This document shows, in pieces, positions 9,016 to 17,264 of a stretch of 32,487 nt of DNA. The first letter of the stretch is position 1, and each line of letters starts with the position of its first letter. This stretch comes from an uncultured virus (IMG/VR IMGVR_UViG_3300010396_000044) (lineage: Duplodnaviria; Heunggongvirae; Uroviricota; Caudoviricetes): the IMG/VR virus record IMGVR_UViG_3300010396_000044; one strand, 5' to 3'. Made by a program: the position numbers and the translations under genes. Under the pieces are notes generated by a model. It had not been told where the DNA came from and did no database searches. It worked only from the letters and a program-made list of their open reading frames with translations.

Positions 9016-9233
9016 CCACTAGAACTGAACATCTCGCGTGGGCTAAAGAACGCGCCCTGAAAGAACTAGACGCAGGCCGCCCAGTCGCTGCGATCACGTC
9101 GTTACTCTCTGATCTCAGGAAACACCCTGAAACTAGAGAGCACAGCGGGATTGAACTAACGGGGATGCTTGCGTTGGGTGGATTTTTGACCGATTCATCT
9201 GAGGTTCGCCGGTGGATTGAGGGATTCCAGTGA
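9012..9233 (+). CDS. Hypothetical phage protein
   Basis: TRTEHLAWAKERAL...SDLRKHPET...WIEGF. Confidence 0.7.
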   Translation: MTTRTEHLAWAKERALKELDAGRPVAAITSLLSDLRKHPETREHSGIELTGMLALGGFLTDSSEVRRWIEGFQ

Positions 9234-9616
9234 GTGATGTTCGTGTGCGGCGCCACACCGACGGGCGCGTAGCGGTCAAGCTGGCGGCCGGTCCATGGCA
9301 CATGGTGTACGGCTGGCTTTCCGAACAGTATCCGTCCCAGGATGAAATCAACGGATCTGGTGAGTGGTCTGAGTTGCTGGTCGCGGAACTACCCGAACCA
9401 GACGGCTGGACCAATGAAGTCGGTGACAAGGGCCAGGATGTTGTCACCCCCTACTGGCAACCAGGCTATGGCAGCCCGATAACAGCGCGGATTGACGGAG
9501 TTGAGACAGAAGAAATCGGACTGGAGCCCGAAGTAGAGCAGCTCCGCTCGGATGCGTTGAAGATGTTGGCCGCTGTCGCCGCCTGCGAACGCTACCGCGC
9601 CGAACAGGAGACATGA
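9230..9616 (+). CDS. Hypothetical protein
   Basis: GTGA/ATGA coupling on both sides. Confidence 0.65.
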   Translation: MSDVRVRRHTDGRVAVKLAAGPWHMVYGWLSEQYPSQDEINGSGEWSELLVAELPEPDGWTNEVGDKGQDVVTPYWQPGYGSPITARIDGVETEEIGLEPEVEQLRSDALKMLAAVAACERYRAEQET

Positions 9617-9966
9617 TGCCTAAGCGGATTCAACTGCGCCGCACCAAAGGCTGGCGCAAACCAGAAGACGCCGTGATCGTGGCCCGGCCATCCAAGTGGG
9701 GAAACCCGTTCACGATCGCCATGGCGATCGAAGCTGAATATGACAATCCCCGCCGGGCATGTGTCTCGCACTTCACCGCATGGATTGAAGGTCACGACTC
9801 CTACCAAGACGTCTACCAGCTCGGTAGCTGTAGTTTCGACCGCCGATGGATGAGAGCGCATCTCCGTGACCTCACTGGACGTGATCTCGCTTGCTGGTGC
9901 CCGCTGACCGAGCCGTGTCATGCGTCAGTTCTTTTGGAACTCGCGAATCAGGAGGCTGCGTCGTGA
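9613..9966 (+). CDS. DUF4326 family protein
   Basis: PKRIQLRRTKGWRKP, RPSKWGNPF, LACWC, PCHA. Confidence 0.9.
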   Translation: MMPKRIQLRRTKGWRKPEDAVIVARPSKWGNPFTIAMAIEAEYDNPRRACVSHFTAWIEGHDSYQDVYQLGSCSFDRRWMRAHLRDLTGRDLACWCPLTEPCHASVLLELANQEAAS

Positions 9967-10385
9967 ATGTGACTTCTGATGCGGTGTTCCGCACCACCCA
10001 AGGCCAGCCGATCACCGCCCGCTGGGCATACGACCCTGCCGATCCGCACGCGATCCAGCTGCGACTTAACGGGACGGTATGGGAGTTCGGCCGCGAACTC
10101 CTCGAACTCGCGCTGTCTCGCCGCTGCCGTCTCGTCGGGGACGGTGATATTCAGCTGCACGCTGGCTTGCCGGGCCCCCGACTGTGGGTAACCCTGCGCC
10201 CACCCGGCGGGGTGCTGCGCGTGTCCTGCCCGCTCGCCGCGGTGGAGAGCTTTGTGGACACGGTGTGCTGCTGTGTCCCCGCCTGCGATGTCCTGGACTG
10301 TGGGGATCCGGTTTGCGCCCAATGCGCACCCGTCGCGGCCGAGCTCGATGCGGTGCTGGCGGGGATTTTTGAGGAGACAGCATGA
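9963..10385 (+). CDS. SsgA-like (SALP) sporulation/cell-division protein with Cys-rich C-terminal insert
   Basis: YDPADPHAI, WEFGRELL, GDGDI, L..P.G, V..F, VP, ELDAVL; GTG 9963 coupled; GGAGG RBS. Confidence 0.85.
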   Translation: MNVTSDAVFRTTQGQPITARWAYDPADPHAIQLRLNGTVWEFGRELLELALSRRCRLVGDGDIQLHAGLPGPRLWVTLRPPGGVLRVSCPLAAVESFVDTVCCCVPACDVLDCGDPVCAQCAPVAAELDAVLAGIFEETA

Positions 10386-10726
10386 CAGAGCCAACCTCAG
10401 CGGCCGACATATTGACGTTTTACAAGGCAGAAGCGGTGTATTGGCGTGGCGAAGCTGAGCGGCTCCGAGCAACGCTGCGGAGCATCGAACGGGCGCTCCG
10501 CGATACACAACCCTGGTTGCCTCCAGAGCCCCCGGAGGGGACGCGGTTCGTGGTGGATGGGGAACTCGCATGGACCAGGACATCGCAAGGCTGGATTTGC
10601 TGCCGTGAATCTTGCGCTAACTGCCCAACCATCTGGCACGAGGTCCACGACCGCATCGGCGACAGCGTTGAGAACATCACCCGACTGTTGCCGCCGCTGG
10701 CGGGTATCCGTGAGGACGCCTCATGA
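10382..10726 (+). CDS. Hypothetical protein
   Basis: GAGGAG RBS; PPEPPEGT motif. Confidence 0.65.
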   Translation: MTEPTSAADILTFYKAEAVYWRGEAERLRATLRSIERALRDTQPWLPPEPPEGTRFVVDGELAWTRTSQGWICCRESCANCPTIWHEVHDRIGDSVENITRLLPPLAGIREDAS

Positions 10727-11055
10727 CCGAGGATGAGTTTGAAGCGGTCGCGCAGCGGGTCGTGATTGACGCCGAGTTGCAGACGACAGCCGCTAGCATC
10801 GCCAACTGTCTCCCCCAATGGTTCCGCGACCTGTGCGCCGCGCACGCCGCCGAAACACAACGCCTGACCAACGCCGGCCACCTCGCTGCTGCGGCTGTGC
10901 ACGCCGCTCACGGGCCAATGCTCGACGACTTCGGTGAGGGCTACGCCGCGGCCTGTCGAGACGCGCATACGGCCGCGGACGGATTCGAGGACCCGCAGGT
11001 GTACCCATGCGCCACGTTGCGGGCGCTGGCCGAGATCCTGGAAGACGCCCGGTGA
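10723..11055 (+). CDS. Hypothetical protein
   Basis: Coupled; C-terminal YPCATLRALA motif. Confidence 0.7.
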   Translation: MTEDEFEAVAQRVVIDAELQTTAASIANCLPQWFRDLCAAHAAETQRLTNAGHLAAAAVHAAHGPMLDDFGEGYAAACRDAHTAADGFEDPQVYPCATLRALAEILEDAR

Positions 11056-12125
11056 CGTCCCAGCGAGACGCGCGCTGGATGGAGCAGCTGTTCACCGATC
11101 ACCACGCGTGGATCCTGGGCTGGCTCACCACGAAAACCCGCAACCCGGCCCTCGCTGAGGACCTGACCGCCGCAACCTTCGAACGCGCCTTGATGTACGC
11201 CGACCGGTTTGACGGGCGGAACCCGGGCGGCTGGCTGCGTGTGATCGCCCGCAACCTCCTCCTCGACCACCGCAAGGCCGCTGCGACGCAGCGTGAGACG
11301 GCGGTAGCCGAGTTCCCCATCGATCCCTCCGTCGGCCCGGGCCCCGACAGTCAGATCATCGACCGGGAACACACCCACCTAGCGTCCCTCGCCGCCAGCG
11401 AACTTGCCCAGCGCATCACAAACCTGCCCGGCCGCCGGCAAGCCGAAGTGCTCCACATGCGGCTTGTGCAGGGCCGGTCGATTCCCCAAACCGCCCGAAT
11501 CTTGGGGATCAGCGAGGGCTCAGTGAAAACCGCGCAGCACCACGGAACAACGCGTCTCCTCGAATCGGTCGCAGCGCGCCCCATCCTGATCCACCGCACC
11601 AAACCCCACCGGACCCGGCCGGGGCGCTGCCAGTGGAAAGCCGGATGCCCCCTGGCCGCCACCGCCCGAAACCACTGCGCGCGCCACTACGCGAAACTGC
11701 ACCGCACCGGCCGCCTACCCGCCAGCGCATTCACCGACCCGAAACCAGCCCGGGACCACATCCGCCAATACCTGGCCAACGACGGCGCGATCCGTGAACT
11801 CGCCCGCGCGGCGGGGTTGTCTCACGCGACGATCCGCCGTATCGCCACCGGGGAGGCCACCCGCATTCGCCGCGACATCAGCGAACGCATCCGCGCGACC
11901 CCGATGCGGCCGTCCCACGATGACTGCGCCCGCTACGTCCGCGAGCTTCGGGCCGCGGGGATGACCGGTGACGCTATCGCGCGTGCGGCGGGGTGTGACA
12001 GCGGCGCGGGCCGCCCTGGTGGGGTGCTGTACGCGGCTCTGGCGGGTGGCCGGTTCACCGCCCCGGTAGCGCTGGGGCTACGCCACGCATTCGAGGCTTT
12101 CGTGACCGGTAGGCGAGCGGCGTGA
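11052..12125 (+). CDS. ECF-type sigma70 factor fused to a Zn finger and HTH domains
   Basis: Region 2 AEDLTAATFERA...WLRVIARNLLLDH; region 4 SIPQTARILGISEGSVKT; then C-x5-C...CxxHY and IRELARAAGLSHATIRRI. Confidence 0.85.
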   Translation: MTSQRDARWMEQLFTDHHAWILGWLTTKTRNPALAEDLTAATFERALMYADRFDGRNPGGWLRVIARNLLLDHRKAAATQRETAVAEFPIDPSVGPGPDSQIIDREHTHLASLAASELAQRITNLPGRRQAEVLHMRLVQGRSIPQTARILGISEGSVKTAQHHGTTRLLESVAARPILIHRTKPHRTRPGRCQWKAGCPLAATARNHCARHYAKLHRTGRLPASAFTDPKPARDHIRQYLANDGAIRELARAAGLSHATIRRIATGEATRIRRDISERIRATPMRPSHDDCARYVRELRAAGMTGDAIARAAGCDSGAGRPGGVLYAALAGGRFTAPVALGLRHAFEAFVTGRRAA

Positions 12126-12355
12126 GCAACCTTCGGTGGGTGGAGTTCGTCGGCGGCCCCGCGCATGGTCGTCGCATCAAGGTCGGGACTTTGCGTGGTG
12201 TGCCAGCGGAATGGATGGACTACGGGCAGCGTCGAGGTGGCATCGTGACGGCTTGTGTGCGGTATCGACGTAAGAATCTCCGGGAAGATGACCACGTGTG
12301 GGTGTACGAGTTCGCCCCGGATGAGCCGCCGATAGATTTATGGACAGAATGGTGA
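12122..12355 (+). CDS. Hypothetical protein (FVGGPAHG motif)
   Basis: GTGA coupling. Confidence 0.65.
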   Translation: MSNLRWVEFVGGPAHGRRIKVGTLRGVPAEWMDYGQRRGGIVTACVRYRRKNLREDDHVWVYEFAPDEPPIDLWTEW

Positions 12356-12552
12356 GCCGCGCGGTGGCGATGCTGATTGAGCGGGCCACCCGGGCGCGTG
12401 AACACATTTGGGCATGGCGGCCGGCGCCGTGCTGGCAATGCGGTAAGCCAACCCACTGGGTCGAGGTCAACTTCGAGGCCCGGCTACACCGAGGACGATG
12501 CACCCGCAACAAGGACGCCGAGTTCCACGCCGCATTGAGGAGGACCGGATGA
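12352..12552 (+). CDS. Hypothetical Zn-ribbon protein
   Basis: PCWQCGKPT...H..C; start ambiguous (12340/12349/12352). Confidence 0.6.
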   Translation: MSRAVAMLIERATRAREHIWAWRPAPCWQCGKPTHWVEVNFEARLHRGRCTRNKDAEFHAALRRTG

Positions 12553-12615
12553 CCCTTCCTTTCCAACTGTCCACCGACAACGGTGACACCAGCGAAAACG
12601 ACAGAAAATGAGCCG

Positions 12616-12705
12616 ATGCTGCATCTGATTGTCGGGATCATCGGGGGGCTAGTCGCCCTGGTCCTCGCCGCAACAATCATCGCCAGCTACTGGCCACGAA
12701 ACTAG
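12616..12705 (+). CDS. Possible 29-aa single-TM peptide
   Basis: MLHLIVGIIGGLVALVLAATIIASYWPRN; fills the gap. Confidence 0.4.
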   Translation: MLHLIVGIIGGLVALVLAATIIASYWPRN

Positions 12706-12722
12706 GAGAGTCAAGACCATGA

Positions 12723-13019
12723 GTGAGACCCGCCGTGATCCATGAGCTGAAAGTGTGGCCCGAATACTATGAGCGGCTGGCCGATGGGACTAAGACGTTC
12801 GAGGTCCGTAAAGATGACCGCGGCTACCAGACCGGGGACACACTGATCCTCAAGGAATGGGCACCTCGCGGCACCGGCTCCGTGTGGTCGGGAATCGGCA
12901 GCTACACCGGCCGGTCGATGCAGCGCACCGTTGGGTTCATCTTCAAGCAAGGCTTCGGGTGCGACCTCGGAGAGTACGTGGTGATGTCTTTACTCCTCCA
13001 AGAGGGCGGCGACGAATGA
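12723..13019 (+). CDS. DUF3850 (ASCH/PUA-like) protein
   Basis: HELKVWPEYY...GTKTFEVRKDDRGYQTGD.L.L.EW. Confidence 0.9.
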   Translation: MRPAVIHELKVWPEYYERLADGTKTFEVRKDDRGYQTGDTLILKEWAPRGTGSVWSGIGSYTGRSMQRTVGFIFKQGFGCDLGEYVVMSLLLQEGGDE

Positions 13020-13270
13020 TCCACCAGCAGGGCATCTACCGCCACTGGAAAGGTGACCGCTACCTTCTCCTGTTCCTCGCCCGCGACTCCAACAACACCG
13101 CTAACCGCGAAGACGTGGTGGTGTACATGTCCCTGTCCGCGCCGCATGCGGGGGCGGTGAACGTGCGCCGGGTCACGGAGTTCACCGAAGAGGTGGTGTT
13201 GCTGGACGGTTCCCGCGCCCCACGGTTCGCGTACATGGGGCCAGCACCAACAGGAACGGACCCGAGATGA
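13016..13270 (+). CDS. DUF1653 family protein
   Basis: GIYRHWKG..Y...VVVY...VR...F...PRF; ATGA coupling. Confidence 0.85.
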   Translation: MIHQQGIYRHWKGDRYLLLFLARDSNNTANREDVVVYMSLSAPHAGAVNVRRVTEFTEEVVLLDGSRAPRFAYMGPAPTGTDPR

Positions 13271-13446
13271 CCGATCCGCTCGTTTGCGTCAGCGCGATAC
13301 CTGGAATAGGGCACCAGACCGCCCGGTGGCTCTGGAGCAAGAACGGCACACATACGTACTTGTGTGACCTGTGCCTAGAGCAGCTATGCGAAGAGGTGGA
13401 GAGTGATCCGGACCTCGCGCCAGCGTACTTCCAGCAGATCGTGTGA
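13267..13446 (+). CDS. Small Cys-rich protein (59 aa, absent from track)
   Basis: MTDPLVC...YLCDLC...; ATGA coupling. Confidence 0.5.
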   Translation: MTDPLVCVSAIPGIGHQTARWLWSKNGTHTYLCDLCLEQLCEEVESDPDLAPAYFQQIV

Positions 13447-13457
13447 CTGACCTTTAG

Positions 13458-13483
13458 CTCCCGATAAGATAACTTGCCGGGAG
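13458..13483. repeat. Imperfect inverted repeat CTCCCGATAA-N6-TTGCCGGGAG, secondary recombinase-binding site
   Basis: Same CGATAA-N6-TT..CG core as the site at 13521. Confidence 0.6.
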
Positions 13484-13520
13484 TCAACGTCGATCTTCGT
13501 CGCCTGTGATTCGTCTGAGA

Positions 13521-13554
13521 GTAACCGTCGATAACATGTCTTATCGACGGTTAC
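13521..13554. other. loxP-like recombination site GTAACCGTCGATAA-CATGTC-TTATCGACGGTTAC
   Basis: Perfect 14-bp arms with a 6-bp spacer (34 bp total) upstream of the Cre-like recombinase operon. Confidence 0.8.
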
Positions 13555-13571
13555 CGTGCTAAGCTTTTGGC

Positions 13572-13829
13572 ATGACAGCGACCGAGGTAGCCAAGGACAT
13601 CCGCACCGAGCTGAAGGCGGCCGGCATCAAGGCCAGTTGCCGCGTGCAGCCCGGCACCCGCAACGTCGTACAGATCTCCGTCCCCAAATATGGGCTCCGT
13701 TTCACCGACGATGAGCAGCGCACCATCCGCACCATGGCAGTAGAGCGCGGCCTGACTTGGGTTCGCGGACTACCGATCGACGTGGACCGCATGACGGACC
13801 CGCACGAGATGAACTTCTACCTGCGGTGA
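13572..13829 (+). CDS. Hypothetical protein, probably leaderless, co-transcribed with the recombinase
   Basis: TAAGCT -10 at 13560-13565, 6 nt before ATG; GTGA overlap with the recombinase. Confidence 0.7.
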   Translation: MTATEVAKDIRTELKAAGIKASCRVQPGTRNVVQISVPKYGLRFTDDEQRTIRTMAVERGLTWVRGLPIDVDRMTDPHEMNFYLR

Positions 13830-14836
13830 CCGAACTCGTCACCACCACCGCGCCCGCGCCGGCGTGCTGCAGCGATGTGGTGCTGCCCGGCACGGCCGAA
13901 CGCATCATCACCGGCATCCCCGAAAATACCCGCCGCTCCTACACCGAAGCGTGGCGCCAATTCACCGACTGGTGCGCCACCACCGGCCGACAACCCCTCC
14001 CCACCACCGCAGCAACCCTCGCCGATTTCACCGCGCACCTATGCGACCTCGGCAAAGCCCCATCCACCATCTCGCACCGCATGGCCGTCGTCAGCGCACA
14101 AAACCAGATCAACGGCTACCCGCCGCTCGGCAAACAAACCAGGAAAGCCGCGAACCTTGTCCTCCGCGGCTACCGTCGCGACCGGGCCAGCACAGCGCAA
14201 CGCACCAAACAAGCACCACCCATCACCCGCGAACGCCTACGCATGATGTCCGCAGCCTGCGACCCAAACACCCTCACCGGGAAACGCGACCGGCTCCTGC
14301 TCGTCATCGGCTGGGCACTCGCCGGCCGCCGCTCCGAGCTCGCCGCGCTGCGTATCGAGGATGTGCGGATCGCTGACGATGAGCTCGAGATCCTGATCCG
14401 CTCATCCAAAACCGACAAAGACTCCGAAGGCGAAATGGTGGACGTTCCCGCTGGTGAGCACGTCGACACCGACCCCGTTGGTTTACTCAACGACTGGCTC
14501 ACCGCACTCGCGGACGCCGGCGTAGACAACACCAGCGGGCCGCTGTTCCGGGCCATCACCCAACACGACCGCCTCTACCGCTACGGAAGCCTCTCCCCCG
14601 CCGCGATCAACGGAATAGTGCGCCGGGCCGCTATCCGCGCTGGCCTGCCGAACGCGCACCTCTACACCGCGCACTCGCTACGGGCCGGGTTCGCCACCCA
14701 AGCCAGCGCCGACGGCATCCCCATGTCCATCTGGGCTGAACACGGAAGATGGGAGAAAACCTCACCCGTGCCAGCGAAATACGTGCGACGCGCAGACCGG
14801 AAACGCGACAACCCACTGCGCAAGATGGGGCTATGA
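13826..14836 (+). CDS. Cre-like tyrosine recombinase (resolvase type)
   Basis: SAM-like N-terminus NTRRSY...F..WC; RD.LL...GRRSEL, SKTD, HSLRAGF, GRW, catalytic Y in AKYVR. Confidence 0.95.
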   Translation: MTELVTTTAPAPACCSDVVLPGTAERIITGIPENTRRSYTEAWRQFTDWCATTGRQPLPTTAATLADFTAHLCDLGKAPSTISHRMAVVSAQNQINGYPPLGKQTRKAANLVLRGYRRDRASTAQRTKQAPPITRERLRMMSAACDPNTLTGKRDRLLLVIGWALAGRRSELAALRIEDVRIADDELEILIRSSKTDKDSEGEMVDVPAGEHVDTDPVGLLNDWLTALADAGVDNTSGPLFRAITQHDRLYRYGSLSPAAINGIVRRAAIRAGLPNAHLYTAHSLRAGFATQASADGIPMSIWAEHGRWEKTSPVPAKYVRRADRKRDNPLRKMGL

Positions 14837-15138
14837 CCTGCATATAGGTCCGTTGAGAGGACGGTAAAGTCATCGATCCAGGCGAGGACGTGGATGCGTT
14901 CGGCGTCAAGGAGGTGCACCCCGGCGTGGTGGCACCAGTTCAGCCAGGCTTGCCCGTTGCGGGTGGTGGCGTAGCCGCGCCAGGTTCCGTCGGGTCGGTA
15001 GGGCCAGCCGATGCCGCTTGAGTAGGCGGCGCGGGTGTTCCCGGACTGCTCCATCAACCACGCCTCGACGAGCTTGAGCCCAGCAGCCCAGCGTTCCCCA
15101 TCAGGGTCGGTTACGGAGGCAGCGACAAGTGCGGTCAC
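14662..15138 (-). pseudogene. Truncated integrase N-terminal (SAM-like/core-binding) domain running antisense into the Cre-like gene
   Basis: EAWL...SGNTRAAY...AWLNWC...DAERIHVLAWID, then no catalytic motifs; last 175 bp overlap the + strand recombinase. Confidence 0.6.
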
Positions 15139-15314
15139 AGATGCAGGTCCGGCCAGTCGCCGGGAGCGTCCGGGTGGATCGGGCAGCGGCCGAGGTCTGG
15201 GTGCACGTGGGGTTCGCCGGACAGTGAGCACGCGGTTGGAGGGTGCTCGGCACAGTCAACAACACATGCGCATTCGGCTATGTCAGCGTAGCTGATACAT
15301 GCGCGATCGTTCAT
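15135..15314 (-). CDS. Small Cys/His-rich protein
   Basis: CACVVDCAEH...C...HVH...CPIHP; coupled on both sides. Confidence 0.55.
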   Translation of the reverse strand: MNDRACISYADIAECACVVDCAEHPPTACSLSGEPHVHPDLGRCPIHPDAPGDWPDLHL

Positions 15315-15418
15315 AATGATCTCCAGGTGGGCTCGTAACAGTCTCCGTTGATCGCGAGCGCTTCCGCTACTGTGATGCCGTTGCACTTCAGCTTCGGTGC
15401 CCACTCATGCTTGCTCAA
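15311..15418 (-). CDS. Possible 35-aa protein
   Basis: TTGA coupling upstream and ATGA coupling downstream. Confidence 0.35.
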   Translation of the reverse strand: MSKHEWAPKLKCNGITVAEALAINGDCYEPTWRSL

Positions 15419-15693
15419 TTGTCGGTCCATACGCGGGGCAGCGGCTCGGGTCCGTCGTAGGACAGGCAGGGGCACGGCACCCAGTCGTAGGTACTGGTGC
15501 ATCCATCTCTTAACCGACGGACCTCCGCTCGGCACACATTGCCGTTTTCGTGGGAGCCGTAGCCGTGGTTGCAGGAGCATATGGTGTCTAGCTTGGGCGG
15601 TTCTAGCTTGGGCGGTTTGCGATTGGTTCGGCCGACGAGCCATCCCGTCGCGATAAGCCCACCACCCGCGAGCAGGCTTAGCGGGTCAAACAT
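15415..15693 (-). CDS. Membrane-anchored Cys/His-rich protein
   Basis: GAGGAG RBS; N-terminal hydrophobic segment; CSCNH...H...C...CPC..YDGPEP. Confidence 0.75.
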   Translation of the reverse strand: MFDPLSLLAGGGLIATGWLVGRTNRKPPKLEPPKLDTICSCNHGYGSHENGNVCRAEVRRLRDGCTSTYDWVPCPCLSYDGPEPLPRVWTDN

Positions 15694-15764
15694 GCCAGTC
15701 TCCTCATTGGTTGTCTCCGTGATCGTTTGCGCGGACAGGTGTTCGGTCCGCCACCTCGGGTCGC

Positions 15765-15932
15765 TCAAAGCATCCCTTGGCCCTGGTCACCACCCGGGGA
15801 GTCCTGACAAACCCCACAACAATGCGGCAACCGGTCATCGTTCTGATCCTGATCCCGCTGGGTCCACAAATCCCGCCGAATGCGGTGATGGCGGTCACGG
15901 TCTGACGTGTTGCCACCGGTACGTCTAGCCAT
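15765..15932 (-). CDS. Small hypothetical protein
   Basis: GGAGG RBS. Confidence 0.45.
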   Translation of the reverse strand: MARRTGGNTSDRDRHHRIRRDLWTQRDQDQNDDRLPHCCGVCQDSPGGDQGQGML

Positions 15933-15934
15933 AG

Positions 15935-16135
15935 TTATCCCCGCCTCCTCGCCCACCGCGCTAACACGAACAAACCACCCATCACCGCTAAACAGATCCC
16001 CAACTCCACCAACGACTGCTCACCCCAGGTCCGGCCCGGCACCGGAGCTACCGTCGGTGGGGCGTTCCACTCCACCACCAGCCACACAAAACCCACAGCC
16101 AAAGCCAGCCAACCCGGCCACGCCCGCCCGCTCAC
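15935..16135 (-). CDS. Small two-TM membrane protein
   Basis: Two hydrophobic segments; coupled start. Confidence 0.6.
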   Translation of the reverse strand: MSGRAWPGWLALAVGFVWLVVEWNAPPTVAPVPGRTWGEQSLVELGICLAVMGGLFVLARWARRRG

Positions 16136-16392
16136 CGCCCAGGCTCCTTCGACGGATCCACCTTCGCCGCCCGCCCATAATTCTTGTGGTCATGATCACG
16201 GAAACCGCAGCCGCAACACGACAACCCGTTCCGGCGGTGCCACCGGCCGTCCGCGCCCCGCAACCGCACCATGTTCCCGATAACCTGCGGTTTCTCCCCC
16301 GCGGCGATCCGCCGATCAAAATGATCCGTCCACTCCGGGTTCGACTGCTCACGATCCCGGATCTCCTTACCGAAATTCCACCGTGACATCAC
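16132..16392 (-). CDS. Hypothetical protein
   Basis: GAGGAG RBS; CCGCG motif. Confidence 0.6.
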   Translation of the reverse strand: MMSRWNFGKEIRDREQSNPEWTDHFDRRIAAGEKPQVIGNMVRLRGADGRWHRRNGLSCCGCGFRDHDHKNYGRAAKVDPSKEPGR

Positions 16393-16467
16393 ACGCCACT
16401 CCTCACTTTTTTCGTATCACTCTGCGCTGATCTCGGGCCGCTCCGCGCGGGCCGTCCGCTTCCCCCC

Positions 16468-16656
16468 TTAGTTGAGCGGCGGCATGGCACGTTCCGCTGC
16501 ACACCGCAGTAACGTTTCAGTATGAAACTTCCTGAACACTTTCATCCAGCCAGTCCAGTCGGAATCAGGCGATCCATGGAACACAGCGGGACTTCCGTCT
16601 GGAAGCCAGAACGCCACATGATGCGGGTAGCGACAATGCGCCAGGTTACATTTCAT
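16468..16656 (-). CDS. Hypothetical protein
   Basis: ATGA coupling to the PH-domain gene. Confidence 0.5.
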   Translation of the reverse strand: MKCNLAHCRYPHHVAFWLPDGSPAVFHGSPDSDWTGWMKVFRKFHTETLLRCAAERAMPPLN

Positions 16657-17252
16657 GGCGAGCTCTCCTCGCCCGCAGGCCATTCCGCTGACTCCTGCTC
16701 AATCGACGGCACCGGCCCCGTCTGCTCCTCACCAGAAGCCGGAGGAGGCAAGCCCGCTTTCGACGTCAACTTCGCGATCGCCTCAAACATTGTCATCGGC
16801 TTCGGCACGAACCGTAATTTTTGCAGTGACTCATGACCCGCCGTCTTGATCTCGATCGTCCCGTAGCCGAGGAAATTCCCGATGACCGAATGCTTGATGT
16901 CCCGCTCAGTGAGCTTCGGTAGCGGTGTGTCCTTCATCCGCGACGCGAACAACCCCGTCACATTCAAAAGCCGCTCATCGGTGACCATAATCAGGTCATC
17001 CCACCAGTCCGCTATCACCAAAGCCAACCAGATCAGCATCCCAACCTGGATGTACCACAACACCGTGTGAACAAACCTTATCGCGCCGCCACTACCGGCC
17101 GCGGACAACAGCGCATTCACACCCACCAACGCGACCAACACGACAATCGTCAGTAGAATGTTGGGTACGAGGATCGCCCAATGCCGGCGCCCCCGCCACA
17201 CCCGCCGCTCATGCGGCAACAAATAACGTCCCGGCGGTGGATACGCGAACAT
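16653..17252 (-). CDS. Membrane-flanked bacterial PH-domain (bPH_2) protein
   Basis: YLLPHE...RRHW, two TMs, VTDERL...G, LGYGTIEI.TAG, FVPKP. Confidence 0.85.
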   Translation of the reverse strand: MFAYPPPGRYLLPHERRVWRGRRHWAILVPNILLTIVVLVALVGVNALLSAAGSGGAIRFVHTVLWYIQVGMLIWLALVIADWWDDLIMVTDERLLNVTGLFASRMKDTPLPKLTERDIKHSVIGNFLGYGTIEIKTAGHESLQKLRFVPKPMTMFEAIAKLTSKAGLPPPASGEEQTGPVPSIEQESAEWPAGEESSP

Positions 17253-17264
17253 AATGTGAACCAC

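Noticed and set aside
13826..14836. Calling the recombinase the prophage integrase
   Set aside because: No arm-binding N-terminal domain and no attP/tRNA fragment or excisionase seen; the Cre-like motifs and symmetric site favour a resolvase
15587..15616. 15-bp tandem duplication TCTAGCTTGGGCGGT x2
   Set aside because: Simple in-frame duplication (PPKLE/PPKLD) in a linker; no evidence of function
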